From: Asterias rubens | Lineage: Eukaryota | Direction: 5' to 3' | NCBI RefSeq assembly: GCF_902459465.1 | Contig: NC_047071.1 | Location: 12,214,001 to 12,278,000 of the forward strand | Length of the DNA: 64,000 nt | Shown here: positions 35,926 to 47,415 of the stretch, piece by piece | Position numbering within the stretch: position 1 is the first letter of the stretch | Layout of the letters: each line of letters starts with the position of its first letter | Made by a program: the position numbers and the translations under genes | Notes under the pieces: model-generated | What the model was told of the DNA's origin: nothing | Seen by the model: only the letters and a program-made list of their open reading frames with translations | Database searches by the model: none

Positions 35926-37863
35926 TGTTATCCAAAGACCCCGGGGTTATGTGTTATTGTTACAACTCAAGCTATCGCTAAGGATCTCTCGCTGTCTTCT
36001 CTTAATGGATAGCGGGCAAGAGAAGTCATCTCGGATGCAAAACAATTCTTGGGCCCGCAGGATGAGACGGGGCTTAGGTGTCCACTTGTGGCCGCCGTTT
36101 CTCTTTCTAGAGTTTCCTGGCGATGGTTCGTCAGTGGAGTCCATTGGGAGTTTCTCAGGCGTGAAAGAACTTGATTTTGTGTGTGTTGGGTGTTGGTGAG
36201 CACTCCATGCTTCTGGTGGGTTGCAGAATATGGCAGATGGCCCCTCTTGGTTATTAATGACGGCCCCCTTTTGGTTTAGTTTAGAGAAAAGAATTTTATT
36301 TTGGAGGGTTTGAACAACCCACTCCAGATTTTTGGCAAAAATTCTACCACCTTTGAAATATGATGTTCACAGATTAGTTTTATTGTACGTCTATACTTAT
36401 ATATGATTAAAACAATCGAATAGTTAAAAAAACCAAAGGTATACTTACTTAAATGAATACTTAAATTGGTATGCCAAGCTTGCTGCTAATTTTAGGGTCA
36501 AGCTCCATCCCAGTGAAATACCATCCGCCATTGATTTCAGCAGTTTGTTGCTTTGTGTCCAAAGTGCGGAAATGTTGGAGTAAAAAGACCCATTATTTTT
36601 TTGTACATCATGTAATCATTTTGTACTACCCCCAAATGCACGCTCACATCCTTTAAATTATTCAAAGAAAAAGAAAAACGTTCTACATAGTTATCGCAAT
36701 TTATATGCGCATATTCATTTATTCCCTGGAGTTAGTATGTATAGAAACCCTCCATGCTCTATTTCAGATTTAAATGATCATGAAGTACAAACACCTGTGT
36801 CCAACATTCAACCTCTCCCCACCCCTCAAGCTGATGCTGTTGATGTTTCCTTTACTTGGGGGAGGGGGAAGGAGAGGGGGGGGTCATCAGGGATAGGGCT
36901 TATGATCTAAACTACAGACTTGAAACCTGATCAGACGAGCGATGTTGATCTTGATTCCGAACCAGACCGTGAGGCAATTAGTCGTCAAACAAGAATGTTT
37001 TTGGGGCGCTTTGTCCGGTGTGCACGCTCTTCCTGTTTCGATGCAATTCCGTTTCCAACCAATCCATTTCATGAGCATATAGAATTTCAACGCGTGACAA
37101 AAGAATTTTTGATTGATTTCTGGTCATACTTTTTTTTCCTTCTTGGCAAAAAACAAGCGAATCTCCTTTTGAATGTTCTCGACACAATAGAATGTGGACA
37201 TCCTTTTGTGTTGAACAGCGACTGTAGACATTTACACAGCTGTGTGCGTGAGGGTGCCCACCACAGACATGCAGGCACACTGACTCTATTCAGTCTAGAT
37301 TATTAATCCAAACCGCATTAATCAATTTGGTATATTTGTGGCGCCTAATTTAACTTGGGATTCTTTTAACGGCGTTGGTTTGACACTGAAATGCGCATGC
37401 TAACACGTGTGTGTTACCTTGTGCGGTTCCTTCTGTGTTATTCCAGCGTATAGTTCCAGTAGCATTGTCTACCATCTGTTTGTACCAGACTTTACAGTGG
37501 GTTACTAAATGCCTATTCATTATGCGCAATATTAGCATAGTTTTGGCAACCTTGCCCTATGTGAAGCCCTGCAGCTGTAATTTACCCCCAAATTCATAAA
37601 ATAGTTGAAGTTGTACAGTAGGTATGGTTTAAAATGTCCTGGACGTATCAGAACTTATTTCTCCATTTGAAATCAGTTCTTGGTCGCTGAAGTCGGAGCC
37701 CTAAACATTTAATGTAACTCATCTTGACTCTATGCAGTGGTGTAGGCACGCGCATTAGTTCCCAGAATGCAGTGGGATGTCTGTCTTGGACTTCTGAAGG
37801 TGTTAAGTCGGATCAGTGGGATTGCTGGTCAGTGTTTACTCCTGCTATTGTTGTGACCGCGAT

Positions 37864-38580
37864 ACTAAACCTACCTGAACCCAGTGGTTCCTTTAATGTA
37901 GCTCCACTAAACTTACTGGAAACCCGGTTACCTTACATGTACATGTACATGTACATGTAGCTCCACTAAACCCATTGGAACCCTAGTGGTACCTTAAATG
38001 TAGCTCCACTAAACTTACTGGAAACGCCAGTGGTACCTTTAATGTAACTCCACTAAACCTATTGGAAACCCAATTGGTTACCTTACATGTACATGTACAT
38101 GTAGCTCCACTAAACCCATTGGAACCCTAGTGGTACCTTAAATGTAGCTCCACTAAACCTACTGGAAATTCCAGTGGTACCTTACATGTAGCTCCACTAA
38201 CCTACTGGAAACCCCAGTGGTACCTTACGTTGTCCATGTATAGCTCCACAAAACCGATTGGAACCTTAGAGGTGCCTTATACATGCAGCTCCATTTAACT
38301 TTCTGGAAACCCCATTGATACCTTTTACGAGCTCCACTAAACCTACTGGAACCCCAGTGGTACCTTACCTCAGACTAAACCAATTGGAAACCCTATGGTA
38401 CCTTAGTTCCACTAAACCTACAGTACTTTAAACCCAAGTGGGTTCTAAGCAAAGAGTTATATATAAGGACTAGTCGGCGCACTGGCCTATATATGCTGTC
38501 CGGCATGCGCGCATCTATGGTTCTACTTCTACTAGTATCTAAGCTCCACCAAACCTACTGGAAATCCCAGTGGTACTTTA
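37864..38580. repeat. ~44-bp minisatellite, ~12 units plus a detached unit at ~38541
   Basis: Consensus GTAGCTCCACTAAACCTACTGGAAACCCCAGTGGTACCTTA(A/C)AT, with (ACATGT)n inserts. Confidence 0.9.
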
Positions 38581-39523
38581 GCTCAACCAAGTCCACCCTC
38601 GTCAGTCAAGCGTTAGTAACTGAATGTACCTGCCACTCAATAAAATCCAAATGAGAACATCAATAGTTTTTTTCGGGTTGGAGGGGGGGGGGGGGTGCTA
38701 TCCTAACAACAGCTGACATTACATTGGTTGTAGGAGTCATGAACTGCTAGAACAATAATGACTCATATCGACCTGTCTCATCATCCAGTGGTTTCTTTGT
38801 GTATTTATTGTCTCCACATCACATCACAGTAATCAATAGACATGCTGGTTGTTTCTACTATGTACAGCTGCTTCGTTTCCACACAATTACTTCCTAGTTG
38901 AAGAGCGATAAACTGGAAGTCAGTTTTAGAAATCTGTTTTTTTTAAGTCCAGGATGAAGTCAAGTGTTTGAAATTTATTGTATATTTAGTAGCCAGGTGT
39001 ATAAATGTATACTTGCTATAAACGGTTGCACACTTTTGAGCCTCAGTGTTTAGGCAGGGGTTTTACTGTCTGGTTACTTTTCTTTTGAGGGGGAATGTAC
39101 AGGACCAATGACTACCAATCTTAACTAGGGTTCGAATTCCCCAAGCGCTGATTTTCACAAGGGCTAGAATAAGTATTGTCTGCTAGTTATTGAATCACAA
39201 TTTCTTGATTTGTGCCATTCATTAGACGTTAAACCAAAGTTTGAATGAGAGAGATTGGCTGTTGCCAGCTTGGCATTTGTATCCCCTTGTGGGTGTTTGT
39301 TGATTTCCCTTGATGGGAAGATCATCTAAACAAACAGACTAATTATGAATGAACTGTACAGGGTTGGGAATTTACACTCAACAACCGGCCCGAGGCTAGT
39401 GATTTTAGCATAGGGCAAGTAAACTCATAACTGGACAAGTCCGGCAGAATTGTATTTTTCATTTGACTAAGGATACCTGATTGTGGTGCATTGACAAAAA
39501 TTGGTTGAAATGTTGACTTTTTA

Positions 39524-39650
39524 TGAACAAAGAAATTGTCAAAATAGGGAGACTGCACACATAGGGATAGATAGCTCAGTTGGTAGAGCGCAGGCATAAT
39601 AATCTGGAGGTCGCAGGTTCAATTACTGCTGTAGTAAATTTTTCTTTGTT
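39524..39650 (+). mobile_element. tRNA-mimic family B copy (best preserved)
   Basis: TAGCTCAGTTGGTAGAGCG A-box and GGTTCAATT B-box-like, bracketed by the 10-bp IR AACAAAGAAA/TTTCTTTGTT. It sits inside a weak outer IR (39153-39170 / 39791-39807). Confidence 0.7.
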
Positions 39651-41620
39651 AAAACAATTTTTCGATGAATCTGTGAATTATGTTAAGCAGCGAAGTATAC
39701 CTACCCATATGACATCATTCTTCGCTCAGTGCTGGTTCAAATAAAGACTTATTTTTTAAATGTTATCTTTAAACTGTGTTCTCTCTATTAATTCTAGTCT
39801 TGTGAAAAAACAAATTGTTGCTATAAAAAACAAGCACTCTTGTGGATTTTCCCCCGAAGTTCGAGCCATACTATATTCAATCAAATCAAAGCAACATACT
39901 TTTTGGTAGAGTGATTTAGTGAGTATATTGACTGCATTTTATTCTAGAGTGTGTGCCCTTGTCCAACTTAATTTAGTGCTTCATTTGACACGCTAGCCTC
40001 GAAGTTCTGACTGAGAAACAAAAAATTGACTTTGGAGTTGTCACACCCCAAACCCCTGGTCAGTAAAAAAATGAAAACAAAACAAGACGGACCCAACGAA
40101 AAAGGAGGGAATAGTTTGCTTGTTCAAAACTTTCAGGTTTGTTGTTGTGTGAAAGTTTCACCCGGAAAAGTTAACAACAGGTTAAAAGAGGATTTACCTT
40201 TTTTTCTTTTAAAAACACCTTGGGCATTGCCTTTTTATCCATCTAGAACGGTCCAAATTGCAAGAAATTGTACTAATGGCTGATCGATGTTGCCGCGTTA
40301 TCTACGTGTACATACATAATTTGGCCCCATGGCACATGGTGCATTAAGTGTTTAGGTGTTGACATTCACTGCTTTTTTGTCCGTAACATTTGAAAAAACG
40401 TTCCGCTGAGAACTTTAAAAGGTAAGAAATGCACCTAAGAGACTGTAGAAATGACCGTAGAGAGAACAAACCATCAACATACATGAAAATGTTCTGATTT
40501 TTATGTCTATAAATATCGTTTTTTGTAACCGTGGTCGGCAGCTCTGTGGCATTTCTGCGGAAGAGTGCATTGAGGTAAAGGTACTAGGAGGTGTATTTCT
40601 TGTTGATCCGTCCCCATCCGGGCATATCATGTATGGAAATGAACGCAGTGCATCCTTATGTGCCCGAGGGTCCTACCTGACTCAAAAGGAACAGTTTTGG
40701 GAAAGAAACATATATGCACTATTATATGGGTCAAACACTCCATGGCCTAGAATCGATTTTTGGGCTGATTCTTCTGCCATTCAAATTGATAAGAGAGACA
40801 AAGAAACAGGCTGCAGGCAGCATGTCGAGTATGTTAGGATATATGGAAAGAAGTACAAGTAATTAAGTTTGTATGCTTTTTATCGTTGGGGGGGGGGGGT
40901 CTGAAAGGAGAATCTGTTCGGGAGTTCACCATCCCTTTTCTTTGATTCCCTCCCAATTGAAAGAGGTACATGGCCACCTTTCGGGTGTCTGCAAACCTGA
41001 CCATAGTATGTATACATAAATTACAATCAATAGGGGGGGGGGGGGTTTGAGAAGTATGAGTACCCCAACCTTTCACATGCAAGTTGCAAATTTGTACATC
41101 TGCTCGGAAATCAGCATTCACTGACAAGTTGATTAAAGTACAGACATCGGCCGAGTGTACCGAGGCACTGAAGTAGCTCTTCCCCAAACAGAGTGGTTGT
41201 AATAGGAGATATTTTTTAGGGCGGACTGGATTGTCCGAGCCGATGTTGTGTTTCATGTTTGTGGTTTACAGTTAACTCTGTCGCCTCGTTTCCCGTCCGG
41301 TCTCGTCATGTACTTGAACACTATGCATCCTACATACAGAGGTCTTGTTGGGAAACTTAACTCACTTACAAATGAATAATCAAGATGACATTTGGAGATA
41401 AGTGAAAATGGGTAATTCTCCCATGGAAATGGAACCTGAGAATGGTGTGGATGTAGAAGTGTGAATGTTGTATCTGCTTTGAGGAGTTTTATGCAAAGCG
41501 CATACATCCAAATAATGGTCAAACAAATGTCTGAAAGGGATTGTATACATTGGTATTTGGAACCCACTGTTTGTTTCAATCCTATATAGTTGTAGATATA
41601 TATTGTATAAAACCAAGTAA

Positions 41621-41716
41621 GACTGACAAATAGCATAGGGCTTGATATCTCAGTTGGTAGAGCACCTGTGCGTTAATCCGGAGGTCCTTAGTTCAACTTT
41701 TGTTCGTTCAACCCCA
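41621..41716 (+). mobile_element. tRNA-mimic family B copy
   Basis: CATAGGGCTTGATATCTCAGTTGGTAGAGCACCTGTGCGTTAATCCGGAGGTC...GTTCAA. Confidence 0.6.
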
Positions 41717-41879
41717 AATCATAAAACTGACCTGTCGACATTTTAGTAACGTTTTTTAGATACTGCCAAAATCAGGAGTGGTTATATCCCTGTAGGAAGA
41801 ATAATCTGCAATTGGAATGCACAATCAAAACGTAGCTCAACACAAGACAATTGTGCTAAATAGAGTAAAAACTAGAATC

Positions 41880-41931
41880 AAAATTAATTAGTGGCCTGAC
41901 GTTTCTAACCTAGCAGAGTCTTTCTTGAGGC
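41880..41931 (-). mobile_element. Penelope-type hammerhead remnant
   Basis: The minus strand reads GCCT-CAAGAA-A-GACTC-TGCTA-GGTTA-GAAAC-GTC-AGGC. Confidence 0.5.
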
Positions 41932-41969
41932 AGAAAGGTTGAATAAAAGACAAACCTGGCCCAAACCTT

Positions 41970-42169
41970 GCTCTGCTTACTCGTAAGCAAAGAGTCGGCG
42001 TTTACGGAGGCAGGGAATTTTGCGCTAACGTCAAGTGTTTTTGCTTGTGCCCATGCATACTCCACATTACTAGGCATTCTTCGCTTACACAGCAAGCGCA
42101 GTCATGTGGCGCTTGCACAGTTAGCAGCGAATGGTAATCGTAAGCACAGAATTCGGCAGTTAGCAGAGC
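41970..42169. mobile_element. MITE with GCTCTGCT(T/A)AC termini; related termini at 49179-49196 / 49423-49440
   Basis: GCTCTGCTTAC at the left end and GTTAGCAGAGC at the right; GTAAGCACAGAATTC is shared with the 49415-49440 region. Confidence 0.55.
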
Positions 42170-42173
42170 CCAG

Positions 42174-42882
42174 GGGTCGATTTCACAAAGAGTCGATGAC
42201 TAGTCTTAGAAGATATACAAAACGCACGGCTAGTCCTAAGTTATGACGAGTAACTCGTCCTAACTCGAGAAAGGACTTGTCTTAAAGTCACCTGGAAATA
42301 GAATTTTTTTTCTTTCAAACATAAGAGTATATGCTTACGAACAATAAAACATTTTTTTAGTAATTGTTTGTCACGATTTATATGTTTAAAAAATTTACAA
42401 AGTTGTTTGGGGGGCTGACTCCGCCTACCCCTTTTGTGACGTCAATCGAGGCAGACTTTGCCTGCAATGCATATAGTAAGCACACGTGCAAAGTACATGT
42501 ACGTCCAAATCGTGAGTTGGTACATTTCAAAAAGTGTTTTTCTGCATTCAGCAGCAATACACCTGGTCGGCATTGCCGGGAATTTTTTTTTTTTTTTTTT
42601 TTTGAAACGTACAAACTCATGACTTGGTCCGTACATATACTTTGCAATTGTGTTTACTCTACGCATTACAGGCAAAGTCTGCCTCGATTGACGTCACGAA
42701 CAGCGCCCTCTCGGGTCGGGGTCTACTCTTAAATTTGTAAATAACATAAGAACTGATTGTTTAAAACCTTAGTTAACTGTTTATTCACATTCCACTCATC
42801 AAAACACATATATTAGTGACAAAAGCTTTGTTTTGAAAAAATACCACTTCCAGGTGACTTTAACACTTAGTGAAATTTACCC
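42174..42882. mobile_element. Harbinger-type MITE (GGGTCGATTTCAC termini, CAG/CTG flanks) interrupted by a nested element
   Basis: CAG-GGGTCGATTTCACAAAG ... GTGAAATTTACCC-CTG. Confidence 0.65.
42286..42859. mobile_element. Complete 574-bp Kolobok-type MITE nested in the above
   Basis: TTAA duplication (42282-85, 42860-63), perfect 12-bp TIR AGTCACCTGGAA and an internal ~100-bp inverted repeat (GTGACGTCAATCGAGGCAGACTTTGCCTG...). Confidence 0.85.
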
Positions 42883-43629
42883 CTGGGCCCTGTTCTCTTC
42901 AAAGAAACTATTGCAGCATTATTCCTCTGTTCTTCTTCCTTGAAAAACACAAACACATGAACAGAGGCAGTGAACTCAGAGTGAACTCAGTTGGAAAACA
43001 CCCAAAATAGAAACCAACCCATCATGGGAAACAGAAAAGAACAGCCCTGTGTATAGCTTAAACCCGAAATTACATTACCGCCAGCTGGAGAAGCAGAATC
43101 TAATTGTCTGTTGCAGTAAAGTGATAAAGGCGGAAGTGTACAAATAGATTCTGTTTTAATTTGAATCCCTCGGAGAATGTGTGGGCAGCAGAACAAAAAC
43201 AAGATTGTTACTGTTTTTTTGTTTGTGTTTGTCAGGGGCTTGTTCTGTCTGTGTTTTGTCTTATTGTTTTTTGGGGGGCTTTTTTTTTGGGGGGGGGGGG
43301 CATGTAAGTTGTAGACTTGTCACTTGTCTAGACTATTTGGCCTAATTTCATAGCAAAAAAGACTCTGAGCACAACAAAATTATGCTTACCAGAATAAGGT
43401 TACCAGCCAAAGTACAATTTCACATGCATCTTCCGTGACTGGTATCCTGCTTATTTGTGGTTAACAAGAAACTTTCAAGTACAAATTTCTGCTTGAGCAA
43501 CTCTGTTATTTTATTGCAAGCTCTGGTTAGTGGACTGTTGGACTTAAATACATGGATTTATTCCTTCTGTGTAGTGCATTTAAATTTATATCTCATCCTA
43601 ATTTATCAGGTGAAAAATGTATTGTTTTT

Positions 43630-43773
43630 CCAGAGTTCTGTGAAAAAAACACAAAAAAACAAGCTTTTTACTATGGTGGGATTTGAACCCACAACCAGCC
43701 ATTTTAGAGCAGATGTCTTACCAACTAGACTACCGAGATTGCCTGGTAGCTAGAGGCAGTTGGAATCTTACAT
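43630..43773 (-). mobile_element. tRNA-mimic family A copy with long conserved 5' flank; second tail fragment at ~43808-43892
   Basis: The minus strand reads GATTCCAACTGCCTCTAGCTACCAGGCAATCTCGGTAGTCTAGTTGGTAAGACATCTGCTCTA...GGGTTCAAATCCCACC. Confidence 0.7.
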
Positions 43774-44200
43774 TTTTTTTTAACATTAGGTACTACAATG
43801 ATTTGATAGATGTAAAATTTGCAAGAATATTATTTGGTTCTACCCTCACACCAATAATGTGTAAGTAAGTACTTTCTTGAGTTCTGTGAGAAAGTATATA
43901 AAGTAAATCCTTATTTCGACACAGTTCGGCTACATATATATGAAGTGGCCAAGATGTATTGCAACGTCAACGTTTGTCAACAGTAACGAACGGGGAAATT
44001 TACACCAATCACGCTGATATAATGCACTGATTGCGCTGGAAATATAGCCATGGAATTTATCAGCCCCGGGGCAGCTAAATTGGTGAATCTCAAACATGTA
44101 CAGGGCTTTGTTGTGTTCTGCCTCGCTTGATTTCCATGGAGACCTGGGACTCTCAGTTCAAATTGATTGAAAAACCAGAGTCGTGTAAGGTTAGGGCCAG

Positions 44201-44395
44201 GGCCTAATTTCATAGAGCTGCTTTTAAAGCACATTATAGCAGCTAAGCTCAAGCAAGGTGTGCTTACCGGAGTAAGGTAACCGGCAGAACTGCTTTGTCA
44301 CGTGTATAATTTGTGACTGGTATCCTGCTCATCTCTGCTTAGCAGCGATGTGTCAGGCAATATTTTATGCATAAGCAGCTATATGAAATTGGGCC
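44201..44395. mobile_element. Complete Harbinger-type MITE (CAG/CTG flanks)
   Basis: GGCCTAATTTCATAGAGCTGCTT ... AAGCAGCTATATGAAATTGGGCC. Confidence 0.8.
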
Positions 44396-45116
44396 CTGGT
44401 GTGATCCACGGTCAGGTCCGGGGTGAAGTGTGGGACCCTCCAATGTTGTGCCTCATTGAATGGGAGAGAGAGAGAGAGGGGTCATAGTGAGCATCTTAGA
44501 TGCTGTGGAGACTTAATGTGTCTTTGTAATGAATACAACATGTGTCTGTATTCAATTACAGTAAGGTACCAAGCACGCTAGGCTAGTTACCATACTTGTA
44601 TGACTTGTAAGTGTACAGGCGGTGGACTTGTACCATCCTTAAGTGCCATTTGATACAGCTGTCGTTGTTTCAACAAACTACGGAAACATAATTCTTTATA
44701 CACCGTTGGTTTTCAGAAGAGTTTAAGTTGATTTTTTAACTCATCTACGATCCTGGTCATACATGTATCTCGTTTTGCCCCGCAACAAAAATTAATTTTG
44801 TTCCTCTCTTTTTTTATACTCCCTATTCTGCAAGCAATGAATGTTCACTGCATGTGCACATTCTTTTTGTTGTATTATTTGTTTCACTTATCTCATTAGG
44901 CCCCTGTGCAATGTCGATTCTCATTACCCGTTCTCTGCTGCAGCTGGGGTTAACAACATTGAACAGAAAAGCGTGGCAAACCAAGAAGGGTACGTGTAGT
45001 TGGCGGGGCAAACCAAGAAGGGTAGGTGTAGTTTTACATGGCCCAAGCCCAAGCATATTGACAGGGATTGTAGCTTCATGAAATATTTACTTTTTTCTGC
45101 TATTATAATTTTGTAA

Positions 45117-45240
45117 GCCTTTGAGAAAGACACTGCTAGGGTTGGAGCTTCAGGCCATTAACCCTTTTTTGTGCATTATAGGTCCTTTCGGTTAGTAAGC
45201 AGTTTGCAACAGCTTACTCTGTTTTTCTCAAATTTAAAAA
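45117..45240 (+). mobile_element. Penelope-type terminal remnant with degenerate hammerhead
   Basis: GCCT-TTGAGAA-A-GACAC-TGCTA-GGGTT-GGAGC-TTC-AGGC followed by the family body shared with 18165-18255. Confidence 0.5.
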
Positions 45241-45670
45241 TAAAATACATAAATATTTTAGGGCATTACAGCGCAATCCTACACAGCACCAATCCGGGGA
45301 TTTTGGCTTGCTGAGTCTGCTGAATAGCTTTCCCAGATGGTCACCTCTAGTATTGTGACTGCTATTCAGAGTATCATGTTCCCTCGTCGGCTGGGATCAA
45401 GTTCTCTCGTCAATAAAGAAATATCAGTCGTCTTTCCCTCATGATAATTACATCGGCTGAGACTGTTCACCTTAACAATGCACTCTGCTGGATTTATTAG
45501 CAGAGTCTTGGAGATTTACCTGTGAATACTGTAGAGATTTAAATATAAATCCCCTGTTTTAATGAGAATGTAAAAGGGGGATACGAATCAGAGTCATCTT
45601 GTCTACCTGAGCTTGATGTCATTTAGTTCTGGAAAAACACCTGTTAGCCATAAATAGTAGCTTTGTTTTT

Positions 45671-47118
45671 CATAGAGCTGCTCAGCACACATTATTGCCA
45701 AGCACACATGAAATTACCAATCGCACAGTTTCCAAGCACACTGAGTTGCCAAGGACAGTTTCCAAGCATACAAAGTTGCCAAGCTCACTGTTGCCAAGCA
45801 CACAGAGTTGCTAAACGCACAGTTTCCAAGGACAACAAGTTGCCAAGCTCACTGTTGCCAAGCACACAGAGTTGCTAAACGCACAGTTTCCAAGGACAAC
45901 AAGTTGCCAAGCTCACTGTTGCCAAGCACACAGAGTTGCTAAACGCACAGTTTCCAAGGACAACAAGTTGCCAAGCTCACCGTTGCCAAGAACACAGAGT
46001 TGCTAAACGCACAGTTTCCAAGGACAACAAGTTGCCAAGCTCACCGTTGCCAAGAACACAGAGTTGCTAAACGCACAGTTTCCAAGGACAACAAGTTGCC
46101 AAGCTCACCGTTGCCAAGAACACAGAGTTGCTAAACGCACAGTTTCCAAGGACAACAAGTTGCCAAGCTCACCGTTGCCAAGAACACAGAGTTGCTAAAC
46201 GCACAGTTTCCAAGGACAACAAGTTGCCAAGCTCACCGTTGCCAAGAACACAGAGTTGCTAAACGCACAGTTTCCAAGGACAACAAGTTGCCAAGCTCAC
46301 CGTTGCCAAGAACACAGAGTTGCCAAGCTCACTGTTGCCAAGCAAACAGAGTTGCCAATTGCACAGTTTCCAAGCACACAAAGTTCCTAAGCACACAAAG
46401 TTGCTATGGACTGTTTCTCAGCATACAGAGTTGCCAAGGACAGTTTCTCAGCACACAGAGTTGCCAATCACAAAGGTGCCAAAAAGCAAACAGTGGCCAA
46501 GCACACAAAGTTGCCATGTTCACACAGTTGCCAAGTACAAAAAGTTGCCAAGTACACACATACTTTCCAACCAAGCACACAAATTTGCTCAGCACACACA
46601 ATTGCCAAGCACATAGTACATAATTGCCAAGCTTATAAAGTTGCCAAGCGTGCAAAGCTGCATGTTCGGGATATGGTTGTCAAGAACACAGAGTTGCTAA
46701 GAACACTAAAGCCTGGTTCATACTTCCTGCGAATGCGAATGCGAAGCGAATTTGACGTCACACCCTCCTTTCGCAGCGAATATCGCAAGGGAGTAGAGCA
46801 GAGTTCAACTGCTGCGAATTGTTCGTTGCGAATTTGTGACGTCAAGATTCACTTCGCATTCGCATTCGCAGGAAGTATGAACCGGGCTTAAGTTGCCAAG
46901 CAGTACACTTAGTTTCCAAGCACAGACACTTGCCAAGCACACAAATATGCTAAGCTTATACAAAGTTGATTATGAAGCTTAAGAGTTTTATAGCACACTC
47001 ACAGCTACCAAGCTTACAAGTTGCCAAGCACACGTAAAGTTACAAAGCTTGCAAAATTGGCAAGTACACACAAAAATGACAAGCATGTAAAGTTGGCAAG
47101 CTCTTACACAGCTCTATG
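45671..47118. repeat. ~1.45-kb GTTGCCAAG-based minisatellite bracketed by CATAGAGCTG/CAGCTCTATG
   Basis: Dozens of 14-18-bp monomers, with eight 64-bp higher-order units at 45807-46318. Confidence 0.9.
46710..46888. mobile_element. Young palindromic MITE with TAA target duplication (Tourist/Harbinger-like) inserted in the minisatellite
   Basis: ~50-bp TIRs AGCC(T/C)GGTTCATACTTCCTGCGAATGCGAATGCGAAG..., with TAA at 46707-09 and 46889-91. Confidence 0.88.
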
Positions 47119-47264
47119 TTATACTTGGGTTTTGTGGACATTCCTTTGTTATTGTGCACATCTTTTCATCTGTTTGATGATATTTTGGCGGGAAGTGCCA
47201 GGTTTTTTTGCATAGAGCATCACCAGACAACATCTACTGCATTGTGTATCGATCTCCTAGCCAG

Positions 47265-47415
47265 GGCCCAATTTCATGAAGCTGTTAAGCAGAAACTTCT
47301 GCTTTGTAAATTTCTTGGCTAAGCAAGAAATGATCGGGTACCAGTCGAAGCAATGGTCACTGTCTTATATTCTGGCTGGTAACCTATTTTTGTTTGTGCT
47401 TAGCAAGATTTTGTG
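47265..47415. mobile_element. Truncated Harbinger-type MITE
   Basis: CAG-GGCCCAATTTCATGAAGCTG left end; the right end is missing. Confidence 0.55.

Noticed and set aside
36920-37306. 128-aa ORF in a CpG-richer stretch (also 40834-41256 and 41253-41636)
   Set aside because: No domain similarity or coding-like pattern. These could be regulatory DNA, but the sequence alone cannot show that.
37864-38420. CRISPR-like appearance of the 44-bp array
   Set aside because: Units are contiguous related monomers with no unique spacers, leader or cas genes, and the context is eukaryotic.
45680-47100. ORFs 45663-45878, 46192-46623, 46320-46616, 46404-46655, 46406-46891 and a CRISPR-like look
   Set aside because: These are translations of a minisatellite and a palindromic MITE; the inter-motif segments are repeated, not unique.
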